64,000 nt of DNA from Phycisphaeraceae bacterium (GTDB lineage Bacteria > Planctomycetota > Phycisphaerae > Phycisphaerales > Phycisphaeraceae): positions 4,512,001-4,576,000 of the forward strand of contig OY771506.1 in assembly GCA_963674705.1 (NCBI GenBank), written 5' to 3'. Position numbers and translations under genes: made by a program. Positions 48,207 through 57,960 of this stretch are shown piece after piece (the stretch's first letter is position 1; every line of letters starts with the position of its first letter). Under the pieces are notes generated by a model, which searched no databases, was not told the origin of the DNA, and was given only the letters and a program-made list of their open reading frames with translations.

Positions 48207-50879
48207 ATGGGACGATGTGCTAATCCCATACTGCGAGGTTTCAATCCCGACCCTTCGATCTGTCGAGTCGGTGAGGATTATTACATCGTCACCAGCACGT
48301 TTGAATGGATGCCGGCCATCGCGATCCATCATTCACGCGACCTGGCTAACTGGACACGCCTCGGTGGCGTGTTCAATGACAACGACAAGGTCAACCTTTC
48401 AGGCGTTCCCGATTCGTCCGGCGTCTGGGCGCCGAGCCTGAGCTTCTCCGACGGCCTGTTCTGGCTGGTGTACACCATCGTGCGGACGCGCGTCGGTGCG
48501 TTCAAAGATGTTCGTAACTATGTAGTAACGGCCGAGTCCATCGACGGCCCGTGGTCCGAACCTGTCTACCTGAACGCAAGCGGATTCGATCCGTCACTTT
48601 TTCATGATGATGACGGGCGAAAATGGCTGGTGAACATGTGCTGGGACCCGCGACCGGATCACCCCAGCTTCGGCGGGATACTGCTTCAGGAATACGACCA
48701 TCAAAAGCAACAGCTTGTCGGACCGGTAAGCACCATCCTCACCAAAACTGAACTCATCGAGGGCCCGAACCTTTATAAGGTGAACGACCGGTATTACTTG
48801 ATGCTCGCGGAAGGCGGCACGGGTTGGAACCATGGCATTTCCATGGCTCGCAGCGATCGCATTAATGGGCCTTACGAACTCGACCCCCAACACTCGATCA
48901 TGACCACGCGTAACGATCCGGATTGGCCGCTCCAGAAAGCGGGACACGGTGAGTTGGTACAGACGCCCACATGCGATTGGTACATGGTCCACCTTTGCAG
49001 CCGACCGATCGGCAAAGAAAGACGCTGTGTTCTCGGCAGAGAAACAGCGATCCAACATGTACGCTGGACAGATGACGGCTGGTTGCGCCTGCAAGACGGC
49101 GGCATATTACCGGCACTCGAATATCGCCCGCTCGATGATGCAAAAGTGACGTCCGCCTCAGTGCTGGATGTACACGATGATTTTGAAGACAAAAAACTAT
49201 CGCCCCACTATTGCTCTCTACGCCTTGCGTTTGATCCGAGTTGGATGAGTCTGACCGATCGGCCCGGATGGTTGCGACTGACCGGTCGCGAGTCGCTGCA
49301 TTCGCTGTTCGAGCAAAGCCTGGTCGCGCAGCGACTGACCTCGACCACTTGCCGATTCTCAACAAGCCTGAACTTCAAGCCGGACCACTTCACCCAATCC
49401 GCGGGCCTGATCGTGTGGTACGACACACGCACGCACTATTACCTGCGTGTCACACATGACAACAAACAAGGCCGAATCCTGGGTGTGGCGCTGACCGATG
49501 ACGGTGAATATTGCGAACTGCAAGACAGCCAGGTCGATATCAACGATTGGCCCACCTGTCATCTTCGTGCGATCTTGAACAACACAACAATGCAGTTTTT
49601 CGCCTCCCCGGATAATAAAGCATGGCAACCGATAGGACCTGAACTGGACCTGACGAAAATCTCGGACGACTACGGGCAAGGCCTCCACTTCACAGGAGCC
49701 ATGGTTGGTTTATGTGCCCAGGACCTCGCGGGCACTGCTAAACCTGCATACTTTGACCACTTCACGATTGAGCATGATGCGAGCGAAGATAAATCAATCA
49801 CGAGGATCGGGGCCCGACCAATGCCTGAGATTGATCATGCTAATCCGCTGAAGTCGACACGTGCAGCCGTACCATCCATCGCACATAAACCCCGAGCTCG
49901 GTTTGTGCTGGATCCCGATGCGCTCGACCTGATCTATCCATCGAAGTTACGCCGTGCGATCATCGAACTCATCGACCTGACGGGCCCGGTCTGTACGGGG
50001 CAGGATGTGCAAAAGGATCCTTCGTTACTGCGCGATGTCGAAGTTGTGTTCTCCGGATGGGGCGGCCCTTGCCTGACTGAAGAAGTCCTGGATGCCGCCA
50101 CGGATCTACGCGTGATCTTCTACGGCGCAGGTTCTGTGCGCACCATCATGACGGATGCGGCCTGGCAGCGCGGCATCAAAATCACCTCCGCCGCCAGCGC
50201 CAACGCGATCCCCGTTGTCGAATACACCTGCGCACAGATCGTGTTCTGCCTGAAACGCATCTGGCAGCATGCATTTGAAATGAAGCAAACAAAACGTTGG
50301 CAGCAGAACGAGCCCGGTGCAGGGGGCTACGGCTCAACGGTCGGCATCGTTTCAGCGGGCGAGATCGGCCGACGTGTGATCGAAAAACTGCTCTGGATGG
50401 ATATCAACGTATTAGTCTACGATCCGAATCCCTCCACCGAACTAATTAAAGCACATGGCCTGCGGTTCACATCGCTTGAAGAACTATTCGCCGCCAGTGA
50501 TGTCATCTCGATACACACACCACTGCTTGATTCAACCCAAGGCCTGATCGACGAGTCGTTATTGAGCCTGCTCAAACCCGGCGCCAGCCTGATCAATACA
50601 GCCCGCGGCGCGGTGATCGATGAGCCGGCCCTGATCCGTACATTACATAATCGTCCGGACCTGTTCGCTATCCTGGATGTGACAGACCCCGAACCACCGA
50701 CCTCTGACAACCCGCTTTGGACCATGCCCAACGTGGTGCTTACCCCGCATATCGCCGGGTCTCGAGGCGGAGAATGTGCCCGGATGGGCCGAGCCATGCT
50801 GGAAGAGCTGCGACGCTACCGTGCCAAAGAGCCGCTTAAATGGCTTTTAGAAAGAGATTTGCAGGAATTCACCGCATGA
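48207..50879 (+). CDS. GH43 beta-xylosidase/arabinofuranosidase-like protein fused in frame to a D-2-hydroxyacid dehydrogenase
   Basis: NPILRGFNPDPSICR, WAP, GFDPSLFHDDDG, EGPNLYK, AGHG, C-terminal beta-sandwich (FTGAMVG); then SANAIPVVE, SIHTPL, INTARG, LDVTDPEP, LTPHIAG. Confidence 0.88.
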   Translation: MGRCANPILRGFNPDPSICRVGEDYYIVTSTFEWMPAIAIHHSRDLANWTRLGGVFNDNDKVNLSGVPDSSGVWAPSLSFSDGLFWLVYTIVRTRVGAFKDVRNYVVTAESIDGPWSEPVYLNASGFDPSLFHDDDGRKWLVNMCWDPRPDHPSFGGILLQEYDHQKQQLVGPVSTILTKTELIEGPNLYKVNDRYYLMLAEGGTGWNHGISMARSDRINGPYELDPQHSIMTTRNDPDWPLQKAGHGELVQTPTCDWYMVHLCSRPIGKERRCVLGRETAIQHVRWTDDGWLRLQDGGILPALEYRPLDDAKVTSASVLDVHDDFEDKKLSPHYCSLRLAFDPSWMSLTDRPGWLRLTGRESLHSLFEQSLVAQRLTSTTCRFSTSLNFKPDHFTQSAGLIVWYDTRTHYYLRVTHDNKQGRILGVALTDDGEYCELQDSQVDINDWPTCHLRAILNNTTMQFFASPDNKAWQPIGPELDLTKISDDYGQGLHFTGAMVGLCAQDLAGTAKPAYFDHFTIEHDASEDKSITRIGARPMPEIDHANPLKSTRAAVPSIAHKPRARFVLDPDALDLIYPSKLRRAIIELIDLTGPVCTGQDVQKDPSLLRDVEVVFSGWGGPCLTEEVLDAATDLRVIFYGAGSVRTIMTDAAWQRGIKITSAASANAIPVVEYTCAQIVFCLKRIWQHAFEMKQTKRWQQNEPGAGGYGSTVGIVSAGEIGRRVIEKLLWMDINVLVYDPNPSTELIKAHGLRFTSLEELFAASDVISIHTPLLDSTQGLIDESLLSLLKPGASLINTARGAVIDEPALIRTLHNRPDLFAILDVTDPEPPTSDNPLWTMPNVVLTPHIAGSRGGECARMGRAMLEELRRYRAKEPLKWLLERDLQEFTA

Positions 50880-50902
50880 GACACGCTGAATCGAGAGACT
50901 AA

Positions 50903-50965
50903 TTGGGAATTTATTGGAAGTTTCATGAGAAACTATTGGCATTTCCCGGCAACTGACGTTAAGAT
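50903..50965 (+). promoter_or_regulatory. Promoter/operator upstream of the pilin gene
   Basis: TTGGGAATT (50903), AGTTTC-ATGA-GAAACT, TTGGCA (50936), TAAGAT (50960). Confidence 0.6.
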
Positions 50966-51145
50966 ACACCTGTTGGAGGAACGGCTATCCGGTACGATTG
51001 GCCGTATGACAGAGATGTTACGACTTCATGCTTACGACCTGATTACTGATCGTTCTTCATCTGGCACCGAACCAGCTACTTCCTCCTGTCGTTTGTTGAT
51101 TGCTCTGACAACTTCGCCACGCAAACCTATTCTGGAGCTGTTGGC

Positions 51146-51973
51146 ATGAACGCATACCGAACCCAACATCATCGACCATCGATCAGAGGCAGCATGCGCC
51201 CCGGCCGCGCGCGGCACGGCTTCACGCTGATCGAGCTGCTCGTGGTAATCTCCATCATCGCACTGCTGGTCGGAATCCTCCTGCCCGCCCTGGGCGCCGC
51301 CCGACGCACCGCCATCGTGCTCAAGTGCACGACCCAGATCAGGCAGATCGGCATCGCCAACGCTTCGTTCGAGACGGACCACGGCCACTTCGTCCCTTCA
51401 TGGGAAAAAGAAGGCAGCTCCTGGACCGACAGTTACCACGCCCGCAATTCATGGAAAGAAGCGCTGTACGACGGAGGGTATGCCCCGGCCGCCGAAGTAT
51501 TTCTCTGCCCGATTGTAGCGGATGAAGGCACACAGAACCCCAACGCGTCCGATCCTAAGAACGAAGAACCTTTCAGCAACTACCGGATCAACCACCAGCT
51601 TGGTGGACCTAAAGATGGTTATACAACTGAAGGCAGTGTTAACTACCACCACCCGCTCTCGAGCGATGATGTGCTCAGACCATCGCGAACTATCATCTTC
51701 ACGGACAACACAACCTACAGCGGATTCCTCTGGGGCGGCTCAATGATCTTTGTAGACTGGGGCCACCTCCAGGTTTCGCACCTCCAGTCAATGGGAAACA
51801 GTTGGTACTTCTCGCCATGGGGGCCGAAGAAAATCTCTAACGGGACGACTTCGTTTGCGATGGTGGACGGCTCGGCCAGCGCGATGTCCGTCACCGAAGA
51901 TCGCTACGCCCAGTACGATAATACTCAGCTAAATAACGAGGAATACTTCCTGACCCCAGACGGTGACTGGTGA
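51146..51973 (+). CDS. DUF1559-like prepilin-type protein
   Basis: [51 protein letters not shown]. Confidence 0.9.
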   Translation: MNAYRTQHHRPSIRGSMRPGRARHGFTLIELLVVISIIALLVGILLPALGAARRTAIVLKCTTQIRQIGIANASFETDHGHFVPSWEKEGSSWTDSYHARNSWKEALYDGGYAPAAEVFLCPIVADEGTQNPNASDPKNEEPFSNYRINHQLGGPKDGYTTEGSVNYHHPLSSDDVLRPSRTIIFTDNTTYSGFLWGGSMIFVDWGHLQVSHLQSMGNSWYFSPWGPKKISNGTTSFAMVDGSASAMSVTEDRYAQYDNTQLNNEEYFLTPDGDW

Positions 51974-52038
51974 TTCATGTTTGCAGGTTGCACACTCAAT
52001 CACCTTTGGTTTGCCCGATTTAGAAAGGCCCGCCTGAC

Positions 52039-52776
52039 ATGATCTACATTCTGCAGTTCATCATCTGCGGTGTGGTCATAGGGCTGCACATCTACTTCCG
52101 GAAATTGCAATCCAGACAGGCGCCATCGGCGGCACTTGGTGTCAATGTCACTGCCATCCTGCTTGTCGCGCTTGTATTGCTGTTCGTCTTCTTCCCCGGC
52201 CTGTTCCGCGGTAGCGGTATCGACACACTGGACAGCGATATCAACGGCATGGCACGCATCGGAGCCGAAGCGGGTGAATACCTGGCGCAAAGCGCCTCCG
52301 GCTCAAACGTGATGATCGTTCGCTATCGGATCGATTCCGATGGCGATGGCCGCGACGGTATACTTGAACAACAACAAGCGTTTATTGATGGTTTGAATCG
52401 GGCTGATGGTGTTGGCACCGTGCGCGAAGTGTGGGTGGATGTCCCGCCGGTCGGCGCGGTCAATCCGACGACCGGCCAACCCCTGCCGTGGTTCACGCGC
52501 GATGAACTGAACAGAACGATGGGCCAGGCATCCAAGGGCGAGGTTGTTGTTCTCTTGACGGGTCTGCCTTTCGGCGTTTCACCAGCCAAAGCGATACAAG
52601 CCAAGGATGGCGTGCAACTCATCATCCTCAGCAGCAACGCCAATGAATTAAGATCGGGAATGAACAACGGCACGTTGCTTGGCGGCATCCTCGAACGGCG
52701 CATCAGCGAGATGGACGACCAAGGCCGATACCTGTTCATAACACCACAGAATGCTTCCGTCATGGCCGGCGGCTGA
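52039..52776 (+). CDS. Hypothetical membrane-anchored protein
   Basis: Two N-terminal TMs and a soluble alpha/beta domain; lies between the pilin and SSS genes. Confidence 0.7.
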   Translation: MIYILQFIICGVVIGLHIYFRKLQSRQAPSAALGVNVTAILLVALVLLFVFFPGLFRGSGIDTLDSDINGMARIGAEAGEYLAQSASGSNVMIVRYRIDSDGDGRDGILEQQQAFIDGLNRADGVGTVREVWVDVPPVGAVNPTTGQPLPWFTRDELNRTMGQASKGEVVVLLTGLPFGVSPAKAIQAKDGVQLIILSSNANELRSGMNNGTLLGGILERRISEMDDQGRYLFITPQNASVMAGG

Positions 52777-52864
52777 CTTCAGGTGGCTTCCACAATAAGA
52801 AAATCAACATCGCGTACATGCGATTATTAACTTACCTGATGGATCAATTTTGGCCCCGGCGGTT

Positions 52865-52925
52865 TTGGGAATAGTTACGAAAGTTTCAAAGAAACTATTG
52901 CAATCACCCCCTCCGGGTGTATGAT
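52865..52925 (+). promoter_or_regulatory. Promoter/operator upstream of the SSS gene
   Basis: TTGGGAAT (52865), AGTTTC-AAA-GAAACT, TTGCAA (52898), TATGAT (52920). Confidence 0.6.
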
Positions 52926-52998
52926 GAATTCCGGCAGGTTGTTTTTACTGCCAGACCCCTATGACACTTGCAGGACATCAAACCAGAGCCCTGAATCG

Positions 52999-55026
52999 AT
53001 GACCACGGTCGACTACTTCGTGATCGGTGTTTACCTGGCGTTCATGCTGGCGCTGGGGCCGGTCTATAAGCGCTTTAGCAAGACCGCCAGTGACTACTTC
53101 CGAGGTGGCGGCGGCATGCTCTGGTGGATGGTCGGGGCCTCCGCCTGGGTCATGACTTTCACCGCATGGACCTTCACCGGCGGCGCGGGCAAAGTCTACG
53201 AAACCGGCACCTTCTTCCTCCTTTTGATCACCGGCAACATCATCGCCACGATCATCATGTACTTCTTCACTGCTGCACGCTACCGGCAGATGCGCGTCAT
53301 CACGCCGATCGAAGCGGCGCGCGACCGCTTCGGACGCACCAGCGAACAGTGGTTCACCTGGCTTCCCGTGCCGATCAACATCCTGCGCGGCGGGGTCAGC
53401 CTCTACGCCATCGCGATCTTCATGGCGGTCGTCTTCGGGATCGATATCTGGAAGATCATCGTTTCGCTTGGCGTGATCGTCACGCTCATGTGCATCTTCG
53501 GCGGATCGTGGGCGGTCATCGCCAGCGACTTCGTGCAAATGCTTACTATTCTTGTCATCACGCTGGTGGTCTCCTTCCTGACGTTGCATCACCCGAAGGT
53601 CGGCGGCATGAGCGGTCTGCTCGATAAGGTGCCGGACCAGCACTTCGATTGGACCATCTTCGATCGACCGAGCGTGCTATTGATCTTCATGCTCACGCTG
53701 TTCCTGAATCAGACAGTACAGATGAACAGCCTGATGGAAGGAGCCGGGCGATTCATTTATGTCAAGACCGGCAAGGACGCCAAGCGTGCGCTTTGGATCA
53801 GCTTCCTGGGTACGATCATCTTTACCCCCGTATTCATCCTGCCGGCGATGGCGGCGTCGTTCGTGCATCCTGAACTGGAAGTCGCTAAACAACTCAAGGC
53901 CCCGATCGCCCTGATTGAAGCAGATATGAGCGCGGCAGGCGAAGCCGTAAAAGTAACCAGCCTCGACCAACTCGCCGCGCTAGCGGGAAAACGTGAAGAC
54001 AGTGAACAACTAATGCCACTTATCGGAGAGGCAAAAGCGCTCGGCATTGATTCGCTCAATGATCAACGCCTCGCGATGGAATTGAACAACCCGCGTGAAG
54101 CGTCCTACGTGATGATGGCGATGGATGTGTTACCGGCGGGCATGCTGGGGCTTTTGGTCTGCGGCATCTTCGCGGCGACGATGTCCTCGATGGATGTCGG
54201 GCTTAACAGGGCGGCAGGCATCTTCGTACGCAACTTCTGGATCGTCTTTGTTAAACCCGAAGCAAGCGAATCGCACCAGGTGCGCGTCGGACAGATCACG
54301 ACATTGATCTTTGGCGTATTGCAGATCCTTGCAGGCTTGGCGTTTATTTCATACGCCGACCTCCCGTTATTCGAATTGATCCTCGTGCTCGCAGCCGTGT
54401 TCGGTTTGCCGATGGCCATCCCCTTGTTCTTTGGGATCTTCATCAAACGCACGCCGCCCTGGGCGGGTTGGAGTTCGATGGTGCTGGGCATCATCACCGG
54501 CCTGTTGATGCAGCCTGCAACGATCGGCGGCTGGCAGTGGAAGGGCCTGGTGAACGGAGATCTGATCCAGCGCATGTTCAGCGTCACCCCGCCATTCAAC
54601 GGCACAGAGACGAACGACCTGCGCGTCGCTCTGACAACCTTCGTCGTCTTCGCTGTGACGTTCGGCTGGTTCATGCTGTCGATCCCCTTCACGGCTAAGA
54701 GCAGCGAAAAGTACAAGGCACAGGTGGACGCTTTCTTCGAGCGGATGGATACGCCGATCGATCCGGTAGCCGAGGGCGTGACCGGCTGGTCGGAGGACCG
54801 TAAGCATTACCACATCATGGGAGTGCTGTGCATGCTGTACGGCGGGTTCATTGTTGCCTTGATGTTCCTGCCCAATCCGATGTGGGGTCGCTTATGTTTC
54901 CTTTTCTGCGGCGGCGTGATCGCGGCGCTGGGCCTCGTGCTTTACGGCATCTCAAGGCGAAAAGTTGAACAAGTAATAACTGTGGATGGCTTAAAATCGG
55001 CTGTCCAGACAGAGGTGGGTAAGTAA
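52999..55026 (+). CDS. SSS-family transporter with an inserted hydrophilic loop
   Basis: SDYFRGGG.MLWWMVGAS, GGSWAVIASDFVQ, LPAGMLGLLVCGIFAATMSSMD; colinear with 27535-29316. Confidence 0.92.
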   Translation: MTTVDYFVIGVYLAFMLALGPVYKRFSKTASDYFRGGGGMLWWMVGASAWVMTFTAWTFTGGAGKVYETGTFFLLLITGNIIATIIMYFFTAARYRQMRVITPIEAARDRFGRTSEQWFTWLPVPINILRGGVSLYAIAIFMAVVFGIDIWKIIVSLGVIVTLMCIFGGSWAVIASDFVQMLTILVITLVVSFLTLHHPKVGGMSGLLDKVPDQHFDWTIFDRPSVLLIFMLTLFLNQTVQMNSLMEGAGRFIYVKTGKDAKRALWISFLGTIIFTPVFILPAMAASFVHPELEVAKQLKAPIALIEADMSAAGEAVKVTSLDQLAALAGKREDSEQLMPLIGEAKALGIDSLNDQRLAMELNNPREASYVMMAMDVLPAGMLGLLVCGIFAATMSSMDVGLNRAAGIFVRNFWIVFVKPEASESHQVRVGQITTLIFGVLQILAGLAFISYADLPLFELILVLAAVFGLPMAIPLFFGIFIKRTPPWAGWSSMVLGIITGLLMQPATIGGWQWKGLVNGDLIQRMFSVTPPFNGTETNDLRVALTTFVVFAVTFGWFMLSIPFTAKSSEKYKAQVDAFFERMDTPIDPVAEGVTGWSEDRKHYHIMGVLCMLYGGFIVALMFLPNPMWGRLCFLFCGGVIAALGLVLYGISRRKVEQVITVDGLKSAVQTEVGK

Positions 55027-55057
55027 CCGCCTATACTGGTATGGAGGAAGTAGTCGT

Positions 55058-57649
55058 ATGCGTTGTTTACACCTGATATCCGCACTCTCCGCCGCCTTGG
55101 CTTTAAGCGCATCCACACAGGCCAACAGCCTCGATGCGCTATACCTCCACGATAGCGCCTCCGAAGCTGCGCATGCGGTCTCACAGAACAACACAACCGC
55201 GGGTATCGGCGCACTCGATGAAACCGCACGCTGGATCAATCCCGACGGCGAAATCTTCTTCGACATCGCTGTCGACGGTACGAAACAGAATTACATCACC
55301 GCACGGTTCTGGGGCGGGGTTTCCGGTAATCAAGGCCGCATCTTCCTGGGTAACGCAGCCGGCACGACGACCTACAACTGGGGCCAGTTTGATGACGCAT
55401 CATCCAGTGAAGTCGCGCCGGACCGCTGGTACTACGTCACCGTTCCGATCCCGACCTCACTGACCAACGGCCAATCCACCGTGCGCCTCAGCCTTTCAGC
55501 AATGGGTAACGCCAGCAGTTACAGCAACCCCCCGACAACCAACACACAGACCGCTACTACACGCGGCATCTACGCCCTGTTCAGTCATACCGACACGCAC
55601 CTGCAGATCACTGATAATGTGGCGAAAAACCCGATCATCGAGCCTTACGATTATGGTGACTACACCGCCCCCACTTCAATCCAAAAGCTCATCGAACACA
55701 ACAGCCTTGTCAGTTTCGCCAACAACATCGCGTTTCAGGTCGCAGCCAAGCAGACACTCGACACCAGCGCATCGAACGTGCCTGATTCATTACTCGGCGC
55801 GTTCGACATCCGCACAGGCTCAAGCGAACTGGACTCGCTCAATGCCACGCATTACCACCATATGCGCACCGACAATCTCGGCCCGATGCGCGGCGCGACC
55901 ATCCTGGCGTACGCCTACAACATGTACGGCACAAGCTTCTACCAGGACGCCAATACGCTGAACAAAATCGCGCTGGGACTCGACTACACGCGGCGTGCAC
56001 AAGGCTCCAGCGGTGGATACGTTGACGTCTGGAACCCACAGGAATGGGTCGGCGGATACGAAGGCTCGCCCCGCACGGTCGGCACCGGCTCGCTCGAAGG
56101 CATCACGCACGGCCCCATCGCGCAGGCTTTCCTGCTGACTTACGAAGACATGGAAGCCGCCGGCCTGCTGGATCAACTGATCGATGATGACAACAACTCC
56201 GCCACTTCAAAGATCACCCGCCGACAGGCTTACATCGACCTGTTCAAGGGATTCATCGACTTCCACACCGGCTACTTCAGCGACAACACAATCCAGGAAC
56301 CAGGCCACGCTCCTAACCAGGAGATCTATCAACTCGTCGGCCTCATGACCGCATACCGCGCGCTGGAAGCCATCGATCCAACTGCGGTGGATGAAGCGAC
56401 ATTCGCACCGATCATTGAAACACGGCTTGACCAGGCGTTCGGCGTTACAGGTAGTGCGCTCAACGGTTCGATCTGGTTTACCGATGACGGTCTGCCGTTG
56501 GAATGCTGCGGCCTGGTGGGCGGGGGGTATTCTTCCGAGTACGGCCACGGCGTCTCCGGTGAAATGTTCAAGGTCCTTGAAATGGCTGAAGGCCTGATCC
56601 CCACGCAGCAGCTTGAAAAACTCAAAGCACGCACCACACAAACCGCCGGCCTCTGGCAGCACTTCCTATACCCCGTCTACAACGAAGACGGCACCATGGA
56701 CCTGCGGCTCGAAGGCGCGATCAACTGGCGCAACTCCAAGATCAACGGCCTGCAAGCTATCTATCAAGACCCCTGGTTCCATGCGGCGCTTGAACAGAAC
56801 GATCCCGCTTCCATCCGCATCCTGCAACTGCTTGCGATAGATGATTCGCTGGCGTACGACGCCGTCGACAGCGGGCACTACTGGCAGCAGAGCGTGTGGG
56901 TTATGGAACAAGTCGCGCGTGTCGACCAGATACTTAATGAACTACCCGAAGACAGTCTGCACCTGCCGCATGAAGCAGGTCAACCCGATTATGCATGGAT
57001 TGATCCGGTCGGCGGAGCAGTATCCATCAAACTGGATGACCGACACATCTTCATGGCGCTGAACTGGCATCACAGCAGCTCCGGCAGCATACCCGTCGCA
57101 AACGACATCGCACGCATCCACGATGTCAGCCCGACCGCAGACTTCGTCGCGACGGTATACATGGAAAACCCCTACGGGTTCGGCGAGCTGGCGTACCTGA
57201 CTTACGACGACCTTTTGATCGCCACCAATGCCAACGACTCGCTCAGCTACCAACTCGATATCCCCTCCGGCTATGACAGCGTCTTCGACCTGGTCTCCGG
57301 TGATTACATAGCTGTCGTCGGCGGAAAGATCACACTCGCCCCGCTTCAATCGGTCGTACTGAACCTGGCTGAGTTGGCAGTACTCCCCGGTGACCTGAAC
57401 GGAGACGGTTTCGTCGGCCTGGACGATCTGGACATCATCCTCAACCACTGGAACCAGACCGTCACCGAGGGCGACCTGCTCTCAGGTGACCCGACGAACG
57501 ATGGCTACGTCGGTCTCGACGACCTGGACATCGTGCTCAACAACTGGAATTCCGGCACACCCGCTGGGGAAAACACCAATATCCCCGAGCCAACCAGTGC
57601 ATTGATTCTCATAACATGCGCTGCTGCCTTGCTGCGATGCAAACATTAG
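55058..57649 (+). CDS. Large secreted PEP-CTERM protein with dockerin-like module; uncharacterised enzyme-like body
   Basis: GGAGG RBS, signal peptide, QNYITARFWGG, GGYSSEYG, GDLNGDGFVGLDDLD x2, IPEPTSALIL. Confidence 0.88.
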   Translation: MRCLHLISALSAALALSASTQANSLDALYLHDSASEAAHAVSQNNTTAGIGALDETARWINPDGEIFFDIAVDGTKQNYITARFWGGVSGNQGRIFLGNAAGTTTYNWGQFDDASSSEVAPDRWYYVTVPIPTSLTNGQSTVRLSLSAMGNASSYSNPPTTNTQTATTRGIYALFSHTDTHLQITDNVAKNPIIEPYDYGDYTAPTSIQKLIEHNSLVSFANNIAFQVAAKQTLDTSASNVPDSLLGAFDIRTGSSELDSLNATHYHHMRTDNLGPMRGATILAYAYNMYGTSFYQDANTLNKIALGLDYTRRAQGSSGGYVDVWNPQEWVGGYEGSPRTVGTGSLEGITHGPIAQAFLLTYEDMEAAGLLDQLIDDDNNSATSKITRRQAYIDLFKGFIDFHTGYFSDNTIQEPGHAPNQEIYQLVGLMTAYRALEAIDPTAVDEATFAPIIETRLDQAFGVTGSALNGSIWFTDDGLPLECCGLVGGGYSSEYGHGVSGEMFKVLEMAEGLIPTQQLEKLKARTTQTAGLWQHFLYPVYNEDGTMDLRLEGAINWRNSKINGLQAIYQDPWFHAALEQNDPASIRILQLLAIDDSLAYDAVDSGHYWQQSVWVMEQVARVDQILNELPEDSLHLPHEAGQPDYAWIDPVGGAVSIKLDDRHIFMALNWHHSSSGSIPVANDIARIHDVSPTADFVATVYMENPYGFGELAYLTYDDLLIATNANDSLSYQLDIPSGYDSVFDLVSGDYIAVVGGKITLAPLQSVVLNLAELAVLPGDLNGDGFVGLDDLDIILNHWNQTVTEGDLLSGDPTNDGYVGLDDLDIVLNNWNSGTPAGENTNIPEPTSALILITCAAALLRCKH

Positions 57650-57688
57650 CCTTTTATCATCCGAAGTCTTTATTAAAAAAATACTTAT

Positions 57689-57853
57689 CCACAGATGAAC
57701 ACGGATAAACACAGATAAAAACCGATTAAATAGCTCGGATTCATCGGATGCATCTGATGGATGCAAGCCTTTTTCGTAATCTCTTAATCGGATATATCCG
57801 ATGCATCCGAGCAAAACCCCTTCTTATCTGTGTTCATCCGTGTTCATCGGTGG
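57689..57853. repeat. Nested inverted-repeat element (MITE/REP-like)
   Basis: Outer arms 57689-57718 and 57824-57853 (28/30 complementary). Inner arms 57733-57758 and 57787-57812 (22/26). Confidence 0.85.
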
Positions 57854-57960
57854 CTAATTCTGTTCCTACCGAAGAAGTCGTACCCCCCACCGATCTGATG
57901 TAAACCCTGCCTTTGGGCTGACTTCTACCCGTTTGCCCCAAAATGTCGTATCATCTTGGT

